Source of the DNA: an uncultured Nitrospiraceae bacterium
Lineage (GTDB): Bacteria; Nitrospirota; Nitrospiria; Nitrospirales; Nitrospiraceae
DNA: 64,000 nucleotides
Reading direction: 5' to 3'
Assembly: GCA_963706325.1 (NCBI GenBank)
Contig: CAVPLT010000002.1
Span: forward strand, 1-64,000
The notes under the pieces are model-generated. The model had not been told where the DNA came from. It did not search any database and saw nothing but the letters and a program-made list of their open reading frames with translations. How positions within the stretch are numbered: the stretch's first letter is position 1; each line of letters opens with the position of its first letter. Position numbers and translations under genes: made by a program. Below, piece by piece: positions 11,967 through 22,921 of the stretch.

Positions 11967-13262
11967 ATGGCGAAGAAGATGCAGCGGCAGATTGCGGTGG
12001 TGGGCCTAGGATACGTCGGCTTGCCTATCGCGGTGGCATTTGGAAAGTATGCCCCCGTGATTGGATTTGATATTAATAAGACGAAGGTTGATGAGCTGCG
12101 CAAAGGTGTGGATCGGACTGGGGAGGTTTCGCCGCAGGACCTCAAAGCCAGTCGTGTTCGCTATACATCGGAGCCAAGCGATCTCAAAACGGCCGATTTC
12201 ATTATCGTGGCCGTGCCGACGCCCATCAATGACGCGCTCCAACCCGACCTCACAGCGTTGAAAAAAGCCTCTGAACTGATTGGTTCTAATCTGTGTCCCG
12301 GCGCCATCGTCGTGTATGAATCGACCGTCTATCCCGGCGCTACCGAGGAGGATTGTCTTCCCATTCTCGAAAAGGCGTCTGGCCTCAAAAGTGGCATCGA
12401 TTTTAAGATCGGCTATTCGCCTGAGCGTATTAATCCCGGCGACAAGGAGCATACCCTCGAAAAAATTATGAAAGTTGTGTCCGCGCAAGATGAAGAGTCG
12501 CTGGAAGTTGTCGCCCAGACCTACGCCATCGTAGTGAAAGCCGGTATCCATCGGGCGTCCAGCATCAAAGTGGCCGAGGCAGCGAAGGTTATTGAGAACA
12601 CTCAACGAGACCTCAATATTGCCCTCATGAACGAGCTGGCGTTGATATTCCATCGTCTGGGTATCGATACCAGGTCGGTCCTTGAGGCTGCCGGCACAAA
12701 ATGGAATTTTCTCAAGTTCAACCCTGGTTTGGTCGGGGGACATTGCATCGGGGTGGATCCCTACTACTTGACCGCTAAAGCTGAGTCCGTTGGATATCAC
12801 CCTGAGGTCATTCTGGCCGGAAGACGGATCAACAACAGCATGGGCAAATATGTGGCTGAACAGACCATGAAACTCTTGAGCCAAGTTGAACGACCGGTCA
12901 GCGATCTGCGAGTAGGCGTACTTGGCCTGACGTTTAAGGAGAATGTGCCGGATTTGCGAAATAGCCGAGTTCCGGATATCGTGAATGAACTCAAAGAGTA
13001 TGGAATCCAGGTCGTGGTCCATGATCCTCTCGCGGAGCCTGAAGAAGCGGTCGGGGAGTATGGCTTGAGGCTGTCACCGTGGGAACAGCTGAAACAATTG
13101 GATGGGATCATATTGGCGGTCGCGCATCGAGAGTATTTGCAAATGGGGCTGCCTGAGTTGCTCAAACCTCTTCGCAAGCAGCGCAACAATGTCGTCGTTG
13201 ATGTTAAGAGCGTATTGAGCCCAGACGCATTGCCAGGCTCCGTTAAATATTGGAGGTTGTAA
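11967..13262 (+). CDS. Nucleotide-sugar dehydrogenase (UDP-GlcNAc/GalNAc 6-dehydrogenase, WbpO/TviB-like)
   Basis: GLGYVG, ESTVYPG, YSPERINPGD, KVIENTQRD, GGHCIGVDPYYL and GLTFKEN motifs; intact. Confidence 0.92.
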   Translation: MAKKMQRQIAVVGLGYVGLPIAVAFGKYAPVIGFDINKTKVDELRKGVDRTGEVSPQDLKASRVRYTSEPSDLKTADFIIVAVPTPINDALQPDLTALKKASELIGSNLCPGAIVVYESTVYPGATEEDCLPILEKASGLKSGIDFKIGYSPERINPGDKEHTLEKIMKVVSAQDEESLEVVAQTYAIVVKAGIHRASSIKVAEAAKVIENTQRDLNIALMNELALIFHRLGIDTRSVLEAAGTKWNFLKFNPGLVGGHCIGVDPYYLTAKAESVGYHPEVILAGRRINNSMGKYVAEQTMKLLSQVERPVSDLRVGVLGLTFKENVPDLRNSRVPDIVNELKEYGIQVVVHDPLAEPEEAVGEYGLRLSPWEQLKQLDGIILAVAHREYLQMGLPELLKPLRKQRNNVVVDVKSVLSPDALPGSVKYWRL

Positions 13263-13527
13263 GCTGTATTCAGTGTGAGACCTGAACTCTACTGAGCCGC
13301 TCGTTCCACTGTTCTGCCGGAGTCCATTCGATTCGATTTATCTCTCACGGTCCGCAGGTTCTGTCCCGTTGCTCGCCTTTCTATACAGCAGGCATGCCGG
13401 AAGGCGTTAATGCCCCGTCTCGTATCTGCCGAAAGAGGTACCAGACGATGGCACGGCGCCGCCTGTGCAAAGCGAGAAACTGATTGTCGCCTATGACTCA
13501 GTTTGATATACCAAAGAGGTTGTCACC

Positions 13528-15921
13528 TTGTTGATCCGATTTATGCGCTCATCCCTCCGCGCCACACACGTCGACATTCCCCGTCCTCCGGCGAGACAGC
13601 TTTTCATCACGGCTGTTGGCATGCTGTGCTGTTTTCTCACGACAGCCTGTGGGACGTTCACGTCTCCTGACATCAAACGCGGCGATCAGCATCTCGCTGC
13701 GGGGAACTGGGAAGAAGCCACCGTTGCCTATCGGCAGGCTCTCAAGGAGGACCCGTTCGAACCGTCGCTTCAAAATAAGTATGCGATTGCCAGAGAGCGG
13801 GCGGCTGCCATGCATGAAGAGCGTGGGCGGCAGCTCCTGAAGGATCGCCAGCTGGATCAGGCTGCCGAAGAATTCAAGCGCGCTTTGACGATCGAGCCGA
13901 CGAGTAAAGACCATGAATCTGGTCTGACCGAAGCATTTCGGCTAAAGGAAGCTCGCGATCGTTACCGGGAAGCGGAGCGCCTCGTGCAACTTGGTCGAGT
14001 GGCTGAGGCCATGGAAGTGTACCAGCGAGCGGTGGAACTCGATCCCGCGCATAAGGAAGCACTGGAGGGTGTAGCCCGGCTTTCGGAAGAACAACATGCC
14101 GTAGGCCGCGATGATCGACAGAAACAACCGGTGACATTGCAGTTCCGCAACGCCGGACTGAAAGAAGTATTGGAAGCGTTGGGAAAAGCTGCCCGAGTCA
14201 ATTTTGTGTTCGATAAGGATGTGCGCAATGACCCCGTGACCGTCTCCTTGGAAGATAAGCCATTCGACGAGGCGCTGACGCTGGTGTTGAACAGCAACAG
14301 TCTGTTTGCGCAAAAAGCCGGTCCGTCCCTGTTTATCATCAGTCCGAGCACGAAGCAGAAGCAGGAACAGTATCAGGACCTCATCATCCGCACCTTCTAT
14401 TTGTCGACTGCCAAGGCTAAGGATATGGTCGCCTTACTGAAGACCATGCTGGATGTCAAACATATCCACGGAAATGAGCCGCTCAATACCATTGTGATTC
14501 GTGATCAGCCTGAGAAAGTGGAGCTGGCGGAGAAGATCATTCAAGCCAATGACCGCGAAGATTCTGAGGTCCTGTTCGATGTGGAGGTATTGGAGGTTAA
14601 CCGGACCGTTGATCAGCAATATGGGCTAACTTATCCGAAGCAGGTTGCCGCAGCAATGGTGCCTCCTGGATTCACGGGCACCATTGCTGGGGATATCGCG
14701 CAGCAATTTACCTTAGGGCAACTTACCAACCTAGGGAAAGACAGTTACCTGTTCAAACTTCCAACCAATGTGCAGTTGGATTTTTTCAAGCAAATCACAG
14801 ACGCCAAGACCTTGGCGGCGCCGAAAGTGCGGGTGCTCAATAACAAGAAAGCCGAGGTCAATATCGGCGACAAACAACCGATCTTGTTGTCTACGACCAA
14901 CGTATTGCCGGGACAGGCGGCCACCGGCGCCGTTCCGACCACCTCTACGGTGACGTCTATCGAATTTCGCGATACCGGCGTCAAGCTGACCGTGGAACCC
15001 AACATTCATCTTGGAAACGAGCTCTCCCTCAAGATGAAGATCGAGGTCATTCGCCTGGGCGACACCGTCTTGCTGCAGCAATCTCCGCCGATCACGCAGT
15101 TCAAGTTCGGCAACCGGTCGGCCGAAACGATGTTGAGCGTGCGAGACGGGGAAACCATTGTGCTGGGAGGTCTCTTGCAGGAAGAAGATCGTCGGACGAA
15201 GGTCACGATTCCCTGGATCGACAGTATACCCTGGCTGGGAAACCTGTTGAGTTCCTTCAAAACACAGCGGGTCACGACAGAAGTTATCCTCACGATCACG
15301 CCGCACATCATGAATTCGGTCCGTCTGCCGGGCCCACAGGGGCAGGCCTTCTGGTCAGGAACCGAGTCCGTCTATTCCACATCGCCCTTGTTCGCGTTTC
15401 AACCGAAGAAAGTGTCGGCCCGGGCGTCGACTTCCACTGAGCCGTCTCCGATGTATCAAAAGAGTTCGGGGAAGAAAGGCAAGGGGGAGGCCTCGATCAC
15501 GGAAGTCATCCCGACCGAGCTGCAATTGTCCATACAGCCCGCAGATACTGTTGTCCAGGTGGGAAAAGAGTTTCGCGTGGATGTCATGGGAAAGCATGTC
15601 CTGGGGCTGGAATCGGAGACATTTATACTGGACTTTGATCCGCAAGTGGTGGAGTTCCGGGACGCCACCCAAGGAGACGTCTTAGGCACTGAATCGGGCA
15701 AGGCCGCGGTCGTTGTGGCCCCGCACTCGACTGACGGGGTTGTTGAGTTGCGCCTACATCGATCCACGAGTGCGACCAAGGACGAAGGGCGTCTGTTACG
15801 ACTGACGTTTCTCGCAAAAGCTCCAGGTGTGTCCGGCGTGCACTTGTTGGGAGCGAAGCATGCGGGTGTCGAGAGTTCGGAGGAGGCGACTGAAGCCAAG
15901 GGAGTGGTGAGAGTGCGGTGA
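13528..15921 (+). CDS. gspD: Secretin (GspD-like) lipoprotein with TPR repeats and a C-terminal cohesin-like domain
   Basis: Lipobox LTTAC, TPR helices, N-domains, secretin core (APKVRVLNNKKA, DTGVKLTVEP, DGETIVLGGL, IPWLGNL), C-terminal beta-domain (GKEFRVDV...FDPQVVEF...LTFLAKAPG). Confidence 0.88.
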   Translation: MLIRFMRSSLRATHVDIPRPPARQLFITAVGMLCCFLTTACGTFTSPDIKRGDQHLAAGNWEEATVAYRQALKEDPFEPSLQNKYAIARERAAAMHEERGRQLLKDRQLDQAAEEFKRALTIEPTSKDHESGLTEAFRLKEARDRYREAERLVQLGRVAEAMEVYQRAVELDPAHKEALEGVARLSEEQHAVGRDDRQKQPVTLQFRNAGLKEVLEALGKAARVNFVFDKDVRNDPVTVSLEDKPFDEALTLVLNSNSLFAQKAGPSLFIISPSTKQKQEQYQDLIIRTFYLSTAKAKDMVALLKTMLDVKHIHGNEPLNTIVIRDQPEKVELAEKIIQANDREDSEVLFDVEVLEVNRTVDQQYGLTYPKQVAAAMVPPGFTGTIAGDIAQQFTLGQLTNLGKDSYLFKLPTNVQLDFFKQITDAKTLAAPKVRVLNNKKAEVNIGDKQPILLSTTNVLPGQAATGAVPTTSTVTSIEFRDTGVKLTVEPNIHLGNELSLKMKIEVIRLGDTVLLQQSPPITQFKFGNRSAETMLSVRDGETIVLGGLLQEEDRRTKVTIPWIDSIPWLGNLLSSFKTQRVTTEVILTITPHIMNSVRLPGPQGQAFWSGTESVYSTSPLFAFQPKKVSARASTSTEPSPMYQKSSGKKGKGEASITEVIPTELQLSIQPADTVVQVGKEFRVDVMGKHVLGLESETFILDFDPQVVEFRDATQGDVLGTESGKAAVVVAPHSTDGVVELRLHRSTSATKDEGRLLRLTFLAKAPGVSGVHLLGAKHAGVESSEEATEAKGVVRVR

Positions 15922-16424
15922 AGCAGTCCGGTGTCACGTTGCTCGAGTTGCTTGTTACCCTGACCATTCTCACTATATTAGCTTCGGTGGCGCTGCCGTT
16001 TACGAAGGTGTCGTCCAAACGCACAAAAGAAATTGAACTACGGCAGAATCTCCGGGTGGTTCGAGCAGCCATTGACGCCTTTCGCCTCGAATGGTCGCGT
16101 GACGGCGATACTCTCACCGGCCCCGCCTGCGTGAAGAATCGGTTAAGCTGTAAAGATGTGACCGGACCTTTTGGTTATCCGAAGTCACTGGATGTATTGC
16201 TGGGTGTGAAGCTGACAGGCGAGCAGGCCAACGTACGTGGAACGGCGATCAAGCGGTACTTGCGATCCATTCCACCGGATCCCATGACCGGAACCATCGA
16301 ATGGCGCTTGCGCTGTTATCGAGATCCCCCCAGCGTCAAAGATTGGTGTGGAGAAGACGTGTACGATGTCACGAGTCAGAGTCAAGAACTTGCGCTGGAT
16401 GGGACGAAATACCGGGAATGGTAG
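15918..16424 (+). CDS. Type II secretion pseudopilin
   Basis: Prepilin site G|VTLLELL; YLRSIPPDPMTG; DVYDV. Confidence 0.88.
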   Translation: MKQSGVTLLELLVTLTILTILASVALPFTKVSSKRTKEIELRQNLRVVRAAIDAFRLEWSRDGDTLTGPACVKNRLSCKDVTGPFGYPKSLDVLLGVKLTGEQANVRGTAIKRYLRSIPPDPMTGTIEWRLRCYRDPPSVKDWCGEDVYDVTSQSQELALDGTKYREW

Positions 16425-16807
16425 CGATGTATGCCCCGTCTCATCATCGCACGGTTTTACCATTATCGAATTGATGATAGTGGTGACGATCGTCGGCATC
16501 CTTGCGACTTTGGCAGTTCCCTCCTATCATGCCGCCATCATCAAGGCTAAGGAAGGGGCGTTGCGCCAGGACTTGTTTTCGCTGCGCGATGTCATCGATC
16601 AGCATCGGGCCGATAAGGGGAAGTATCCAAGAGACTATTCAGTCCCTGATCTCGGCCGGTTATCTTCGGCGTGTTCCGGCCGATCCGATCACCGGAGCTA
16701 CGTCCACATGGCAAGAGATGGTCGATGAAGGGGAAGGCGGCATGGTCGACGTGTTTTCCGGCTCAGAACTCGTCGGGACCAACGGCGTGCCCTATAACCA
16801 ATGGTAA
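16399..16807 (+). CDS. GspG-like pseudopilin (one +1 indel near 16630)
   Basis: G|FTIIELMIVV in ORF 16348-16728, continuing as YLRRVPADPITG...GVPYNQW in ORF 16502-16807. Confidence 0.85.
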
Positions 16808-16811
16808 TGGT

Positions 16812-17648
16812 ATGAAGACTCTAATTTCTCAATTTATCCCAGCACGTCGGATGCCCCTCGTTGTAAGGGCAGGCTGTTGGGCGGCGAGTATGTGGATTCT
16901 CTCACTATCGAGCGGATGTGCGCGATTAACACCGAACCCCGAATCTGGCCACTCGGAATTGCAGATGGCGGCAGATTCTCTCAAGTTGGCGGTACGCGAG
17001 GCGCAGCGTACGGCAGGCGATCTGCGAGCAGAGCTCGAAGAGCAGCGGAAGGACCTGGCGGAGGCTCAAGTCGCACGGGCGCAACTTCAAGGTATGCTGC
17101 GAGAGACTGAGCGACGTTTGGACGAAGCTCGACAGATCATTGAGCTGCAGCGAGAGGAATTAGCGTCCGCTCATGTCGAACGAGAACGGATGGCTCAGAC
17201 GCTTCGCCCACTACACAGCCGCGTTCGGCAATCAGCTTCCGTGGTGCCCTATCAGGGGAAAGTGACCATACCTGGCGCAGAGGTGGTGGGGCCAGCTTCG
17301 AGGGACCCGCGAGAAAAGAGGGCTGTGTGGCCACCGTCTCGCGAAGGGGAGTTCGCGCCCCCCGCTGAACCTCTTGAGGTAGACCCAGTACCGACTACAG
17401 AAGAGTCGAGGGCCACCCCAGCTTTGCTGCCGACGGTCGTTCCCGTAGTCGGGATTCGAACAGTCGTCATTCAGGATGGCGACACCTTATGGCGCCTGTC
17501 TCGTCGTCATAAGGTCAGCCTTGAGGAGCTGCGATCCCTCAACGGTTTGCCCAGCAATCTCATTGTGACAGGTCGAACGCTCCGGCTGCCGGAGCCTCGG
17601 TTACACCAGACGGAATCACGAGCGTCCGTCGGCGCGCCCATTCGATAA
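16812..17648 (+). CDS. Coiled-coil lipoprotein with C-terminal LysM domain
   Basis: SSGC lipobox-like motif, long heptad region, VVIQDGDTLWRLSRRHKVSLEELRSLNGL...GRTLRLP. Confidence 0.8.
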   Translation: MKTLISQFIPARRMPLVVRAGCWAASMWILSLSSGCARLTPNPESGHSELQMAADSLKLAVREAQRTAGDLRAELEEQRKDLAEAQVARAQLQGMLRETERRLDEARQIIELQREELASAHVERERMAQTLRPLHSRVRQSASVVPYQGKVTIPGAEVVGPASRDPREKRAVWPPSREGEFAPPAEPLEVDPVPTTEESRATPALLPTVVPVVGIRTVVIQDGDTLWRLSRRHKVSLEELRSLNGLPSNLIVTGRTLRLPEPRLHQTESRASVGAPIR

Positions 17649-17690
17649 GCGTCGTGGACTGCTGCGTGATATGTCGCCCCTAACGATATC

Positions 17691-18905
17691 ATGGCTGTGT
17701 TTGCTTACAGAGCGGCTCGTGCGGATGGAACCACCTTCGAAGGGCATATCGAAGGGGAGGACGAAAAGCTCGTACGCGCCAGGCTTGAATCCGACGGCCT
17801 GTTGGTGTTTCGTATCGTCAAGCGGGGCGCAGGCTTTGGCGTACCCGGGCTTACTACAGGTCGGTGGGGTAAACTTCCGCTTCAGGACTTCCTCGTCTTC
17901 AATCAAGAGCTGTTGGCATTGATCAAGGCCGGCTTGCCGGTCTTGCGAGTCTGGGATCTTCTTATCGATCGCACTCAACGCGCTCCCTTTCGAGAAGCGC
18001 TGAAGGCCGTTCGCCAGGACATTCGTGGAGGGGCTTCGGCATCGGAAGCCTTGGCCAAGCATTCCACATACTTTTCGGACCTCTATCTCGCCACGATTCG
18101 TGCAGGGGAGCAGTCAGGGAATTTGTCAGAGGTATTGCAACGGTACATCGCGTACCTGAAGTTGATGATCGCTCTACGGCAGAAAGTCACCAAGGCGCTT
18201 GCCTATCCGGCCTTCCTGGTGGTTGTCGGCATCGCGGTGGTTGGATTTCTGTTGAGTTATGTGATGCCGACCTTCATCTCGGTTTACGGCGAATCTTCGG
18301 CCAAATTGCCAACTCCGACCCGTGTGTTGATGGCGGCGATCAACATCGGAGAGTCGCTACTCGTTCCCCTGGGGATCGCGCTCGCGGTGGCGACCATCAT
18401 GAGTCGGACCTGGTATCAAACTTCGTCCGGCCGATTGTCCGTGGACCGGCAGGTGCTGCGGCTGCCGCTTCTTGGGGTGATCTTGGTGCAACACCATACC
18501 ATCCAGCTCACTCGCACGCTGGCCACGGTGCTGGCCGGCGGTACCCCATTGGTAGAGGCGCTGGAAATCGCCCGCGGCGCCGTGTCCAATCGATTCGTAT
18601 CGCGCGGGTTGGTTTCGGCGGTGAACGAAATTCGGGAGGGCAGCACGTTGGCGGCTGCCATCGAACGTCCACAAATCTTGCCGAAGCTCGCCATTGAAAT
18701 GTTGTCGGTCGGAGAGGAGACGGGATCCTTGGAACCGATGCTTCGGGATGTAGCCGAGTTTTACGAAGGCGATTTGGATGTGCGGCTCAGTCAGTTGACC
18801 ACCTGGATCGAGCCTGTTCTGTTACTGGTCATGGGCCTCTTGGTCGGAGGCATCGTCATTATTATGTATTTGCCGATTTTTCAGATGGCCGGGACCGTTC
18901 AATAA
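17691..18905 (+). CDS. gspF: Type II secretion/pilus inner-membrane platform protein (GspF/PilC)
   Basis: GEQSGNL, ALAYP, GEETGSL and IEP...YLPIF motifs. Confidence 0.92.
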   Translation: MAVFAYRAARADGTTFEGHIEGEDEKLVRARLESDGLLVFRIVKRGAGFGVPGLTTGRWGKLPLQDFLVFNQELLALIKAGLPVLRVWDLLIDRTQRAPFREALKAVRQDIRGGASASEALAKHSTYFSDLYLATIRAGEQSGNLSEVLQRYIAYLKLMIALRQKVTKALAYPAFLVVVGIAVVGFLLSYVMPTFISVYGESSAKLPTPTRVLMAAINIGESLLVPLGIALAVATIMSRTWYQTSSGRLSVDRQVLRLPLLGVILVQHHTIQLTRTLATVLAGGTPLVEALEIARGAVSNRFVSRGLVSAVNEIREGSTLAAAIERPQILPKLAIEMLSVGEETGSLEPMLRDVAEFYEGDLDVRLSQLTTWIEPVLLLVMGLLVGGIVIIMYLPIFQMAGTVQ

Positions 18906-18973
18906 CCCTACGGCGCAGTGGTTAGCGAGCCCACGAGGTGTCGCGACCTGCGCGTAGTTCGGAGGAACCCAGG

Positions 18974-20707
18974 ATGCTCATGCAACGTCATCTCACTCGC
19001 CCGTCGCTCGCCGACGTAATGGTGCGCGAGGGGATTTTGCCGAGGCGGACCGTCGATCAAGTCGTGGCTCGCCTGGGAGGCAACAGCGCCGCGTTGGGCC
19101 AGACGCTCGTCGAAGAAGGCACGATTTCAGAAGCCCAATTGGCACAGGCCTTGGCAGCCCAATACGGACTTCCGTATGAGGCGCTCACCGCGTTCCGCGT
19201 GGACTCGGAGTTTTATCAGACGATCTCGGTGAAGTTGATGCGGCGTCACCCCTTCGTGCCCGTAAAGGACGAGGCCGGCCTGTTGACCATCGCGATTTCA
19301 GACCCCCAAAACCTGTTGGCATTGGATGAATTGGAAATCCTCCTGAATCGTACCCTGCACTATGTGGTCAGTTCACGATCCGCTATTCAGTCCGCCCTGG
19401 AGCGTAGTGAAGGATCGAGCCAAGCCCTGCGCGAGTTGGAGGCCGAGTATCGCTCCGTGCTGGTTAAAGAGGATGAGCGGGGCGAAGAAGTCCTGACCGT
19501 CGATCATTTCGGCGAAGATCAGAACCCGGTCGTCAAGTTGCTCGACACGATTCTCTTAAGCGCCATGCAACGTCGGGCCAGTGATATTCATATTGAAGCG
19601 ACGGACCGGGCCACCACCGTAAAGTTTCGTGTGGACGGCATTCTCGTCTCGGCTATGGATCCGCTCGACGTGAAATTGCATCCGCCCCTCGTGTCTCGCC
19701 TGAAGGTTATGTCCGACCTCGACATCGCCGAGCGTCGGGTGCCGCAAGATGGGAGTTTCAGGATGCGGCTCGATCGCAAAACCGTGGATTTTCGTGTCTC
19801 GATTCTGCCGAGCGTTTTTGGCGAATCCGTGGTCATCAGAATTCTGGACCGCGAAGCGATTACCACGGGGGTCTCCACCCTGCGTCTCGATCGGCTGGGA
19901 TTCAATCCTGAAGACCTCAAGCGGTTTCGCCGCGCCATTACGAGACCCTATGGGATGGTTCTCGTCACTGGTCCTACTGGTAGCGGAAAAACCACGACGC
20001 TCTACGCGGCGATCAGTGAAATGAACATTCAGGAAGATAAGCTGATCACCATCGAAGATCCGGTCGAATATCAACTGCCGGGGGTGGTACAAATTCCGGT
20101 AAACGAAAAGAAGGGTCTCACGTTTGCGCGAGGATTACGGTCTATTCTCCGCCACGATCCGGACAAGATCATGGTGGGTGAGATTCGAGATGCCGAGACC
20201 GCGCAGATTGCCATTCAATCAGCCTTGACCGGCCATTTGGTGTTAACGACCGTGCATGCCAACAACGTGTTCGACGTCATCGGGCGGTTTGCCTCGATGG
20301 GCATCGATTCCTATAATTTTCTGGCGGCATTGACCTGCGTGTTGGCGCAACGGTTGATCCGGATGATCTGCCCTAATTGCCGGCACCAAGTCGTCCTTGA
20401 TCCTGCCCTGGCCGAGGAATCAGGCCTCGACTACGATCAATACAAAACAGCGACGTTTTTTGAGGCAAAAGGATGTTCCGAATGCCATGAGACGGGTTAC
20501 CGAGGCAGGAAATGCATTACCGAATTCTTGGACCTGACGGATGAAATCAAAGAAATGATTCTGGCCGATCGTGCGCTGTCCGAAATTCGCTATCGAGCGG
20601 TGACGGACGGCATGATCACGCTGCGGCAGTCCGCGGTGAAGAAGGTGCTGGCGGGAGAGACAACGCTTCGGGAGATCAACCGCGTGACCTTTAGCGAAGA
20701 GCGATAA
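18974..20707 (+). CDS. gspE: Secretion/pilus assembly ATPase (GspE/PilB)
   Basis: Walker A GPTGSGKTT, TIEDPVE, LRHDPDKIMVGEIRD, TGHLVLTTVH, CxxC...CxxC. Confidence 0.95.
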   Translation: MLMQRHLTRPSLADVMVREGILPRRTVDQVVARLGGNSAALGQTLVEEGTISEAQLAQALAAQYGLPYEALTAFRVDSEFYQTISVKLMRRHPFVPVKDEAGLLTIAISDPQNLLALDELEILLNRTLHYVVSSRSAIQSALERSEGSSQALRELEAEYRSVLVKEDERGEEVLTVDHFGEDQNPVVKLLDTILLSAMQRRASDIHIEATDRATTVKFRVDGILVSAMDPLDVKLHPPLVSRLKVMSDLDIAERRVPQDGSFRMRLDRKTVDFRVSILPSVFGESVVIRILDREAITTGVSTLRLDRLGFNPEDLKRFRRAITRPYGMVLVTGPTGSGKTTTLYAAISEMNIQEDKLITIEDPVEYQLPGVVQIPVNEKKGLTFARGLRSILRHDPDKIMVGEIRDAETAQIAIQSALTGHLVLTTVHANNVFDVIGRFASMGIDSYNFLAALTCVLAQRLIRMICPNCRHQVVLDPALAEESGLDYDQYKTATFFEAKGCSECHETGYRGRKCITEFLDLTDEIKEMILADRALSEIRYRAVTDGMITLRQSAVKKVLAGETTLREINRVTFSEER

Positions 20708-20710
20708 CCG

Positions 20711-21718
20711 ATGTGGGATTGGATCACCAGTCGGCCGCAGTACTGTCTGAAAATCGGCTCGCACGATCTCGCCTGGGCGGAGGTGCACCGAAACTGGCGT
20801 GGACGGCCGCGCTATCAGTGTGTGGTGTCGGCCCTTCCCGAAGGCGTCATGCGGTTGTCACCATTAGAACCGAACATTGTCTTGCCGCATGAGTTGGAAT
20901 CTCATATCCGTGTCATTGCCGCCTCCTCCAGCTCTCAGGGTACTGATCGTTCTTCGGCGGCTGGGGTACCGCGGGCTGCCACCGTGATCTTACCCGATCT
21001 TGCAGTGCGCCTAGCCGTGCTGCGCCTCCAAGATCTACCATGGAGTTCGGAGGAACGTGAGGCCTTAGTGCGTTGGCGGTTAGGACAGGAGCAATTGTTG
21101 TCGCTCAGTGGCGCGAAGGTCTTTTCTCACGTGTTATCTGATCCGGCCGGATCCGGGGATGGTCCTTGCACGGTACTCGCCGTCGTAGTGCAGGAAGCGG
21201 TACTGGCCCAATATGAATCTGTCTGCGAAGCGGCAGGATTGATTCCCCAAGAAGTGGACGTAGCGAGCTTGCGCCTGTTCAATCTCTGGGGGCAGGGATT
21301 GTGGGGTACAGGACGGTTGACGGCGGATTTTTTATGGGTGAATGCCACGGACGGCGGGGTGACGGCGTTTATCTTTCATCAGGGCACACTCGTGTTTCTT
21401 CGCTCCAAGTTACAAGGCGGAGTGGGTTTCGGAGGACCGGTGGCTCCGGGCTTTGAGCAGGCAGCACTTGATCGTATCGTCCAGGAATGTGCTGACTCGA
21501 TTTATGCGTGCCAGCAACAAACGCCTGATTTAGCCATTAGCCAGACAATTCTGATTGCCGATGAAGCGATGGAACCTCGGCTACACCAGCAATTAGAAAA
21601 GGGATTAGGAGTTCCCGTGAAGGGGTTGGATTGGGAACGCATACGGCAGTATGGCGGGGGGATTATCACGGGACCCCAGACGAGTGCCGCATTACAGGCG
21701 ATCGCAGGAGTGGTGTAG
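20711..21718 (+). CDS. PilM/GspL-like cytoplasmic assembly protein
   Basis: Position directly after the ATPase; actin-like features (VILPD, YESVCEAAGL). Confidence 0.6.
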   Translation: MWDWITSRPQYCLKIGSHDLAWAEVHRNWRGRPRYQCVVSALPEGVMRLSPLEPNIVLPHELESHIRVIAASSSSQGTDRSSAAGVPRAATVILPDLAVRLAVLRLQDLPWSSEEREALVRWRLGQEQLLSLSGAKVFSHVLSDPAGSGDGPCTVLAVVVQEAVLAQYESVCEAAGLIPQEVDVASLRLFNLWGQGLWGTGRLTADFLWVNATDGGVTAFIFHQGTLVFLRSKLQGGVGFGGPVAPGFEQAALDRIVQECADSIYACQQQTPDLAISQTILIADEAMEPRLHQQLEKGLGVPVKGLDWERIRQYGGGIITGPQTSAALQAIAGVV

Positions 21719-21720
21719 GC

Positions 21721-22347
21721 ATGTCGATGGGCAATCTGTTGCCGGCACTCCGTGACCTGGTAGCCCGTCTCGGGCAGCCCTCTGCTCGCACTGGTGCGTT
21801 TGCCATTAACCTGAGCAGTCGCTATCGCTGGTACCTTGCTCCAGCCCGTTTGGTCATTATGTTGGTGGCGGGCGTGATCGGGTTGGCGATGCTCTGGGAT
21901 ATCTCTCGCGCATGGCTGGCTTGGCAAGATGTGGAATCAATGGAATCGGCGCTGAAACAGGTTCAGGATCGAGACCGTGAATTACTGAACGATGCGCAAC
22001 GAGAAGGAATCGATTTGTCGGAAGCGGCTTTGCTCGTACTGCCGAAAGAGATCCAATTTGCCAATCAATTGATCGAAAAACGTAGCTTCTCCTGGACTCG
22101 ATTCCTCACCGAGTTGGAGCGGGCTATTCCGCAGCGGATTGCAGTCAACAGCATCCGGCTCGATCCGACAAACTCGACGATCATGCTGACCGGGTCCGCC
22201 AGAGCTCTGGAAGATATCACGACCTTGACAGTAACCTTTCAAGATCATCCCCAATTTAAGGAGCCCGTGTTGGGGCAGCATCGCGATATGGGAAATGGGT
22301 TGGTAGAATTCGATCTGTCGATCAAGTATCGGAATCGTAACCCATGA
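21721..22347 (+). CDS. PilN-like protein
   Basis: INL motif, single TM, SWTRFLTELE...LTGSA ferredoxin-like domain. Confidence 0.75.
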   Translation: MSMGNLLPALRDLVARLGQPSARTGAFAINLSSRYRWYLAPARLVIMLVAGVIGLAMLWDISRAWLAWQDVESMESALKQVQDRDRELLNDAQREGIDLSEAALLVLPKEIQFANQLIEKRSFSWTRFLTELERAIPQRIAVNSIRLDPTNSTIMLTGSARALEDITTLTVTFQDHPQFKEPVLGQHRDMGNGLVEFDLSIKYRNRNP

Positions 22348-22916
22348 TGTTTCCTGGACTGGACCGCCTCCAACATGCTCTGCGGCAACCGTATGCGCCC
22401 ATCCTTCCGTGGGTGGCATTTGTGGCGACATTGTTTGTGATGAGCTACGGGATTCATGTTTTGGTGTTGGGTGCCGCCGAGCAGGAACAGGTCCGGCTCG
22501 AGGCCGAATCGGTGAAGGCGCGGCAGCAGCTCAGCCGACACAAGGAGGCGAAGAAGGCCAAAGCTGATCTGCAGCGCGTATGGGCGGTGCTGCCGTTGTT
22601 TCGCGATTTTGCGCCGCTCGCGCTCGGCGTGACGGAAGAAGCGAAGCGGGACCAGGTCACCCTGCCGGCGCTCTCCTATAAGACGGAAAAGACGGCGGTA
22701 CCCGATGCGACCAAGGCGGTCCTGCAGGGAACGGTGACGGGTCGCTATGAGGATCTGAGGCGATTTCTTTATAACTTAGAATCGGCGGAGGAATTGCTGT
22801 TCATCGAGGATCTGAACCTGATCCGCTCGGGCAATGCTCAAGATCAGCAGTTGACCTTCAATATTCGGATTTCGACCTATCTGCGAGGCGAACATCTTCA
22901 GACCCCGGCGCCGTAA
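22344..22916 (+). CDS. PilO/GspM-like protein
   Basis: Single TM, coiled coil, GRYEDLRRFLYNLE motif. Confidence 0.75.
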   Translation: MMFPGLDRLQHALRQPYAPILPWVAFVATLFVMSYGIHVLVLGAAEQEQVRLEAESVKARQQLSRHKEAKKAKADLQRVWAVLPLFRDFAPLALGVTEEAKRDQVTLPALSYKTEKTAVPDATKAVLQGTVTGRYEDLRRFLYNLESAEELLFIEDLNLIRSGNAQDQQLTFNIRISTYLRGEHLQTPAP

Positions 22917-22921
22917 TTCGT

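Noticed and set aside
13449..13470. TGGCAC upstream of the secretin as a sigma54 promoter
   Set aside because: No GC at the required 10-nt spacing from the GG
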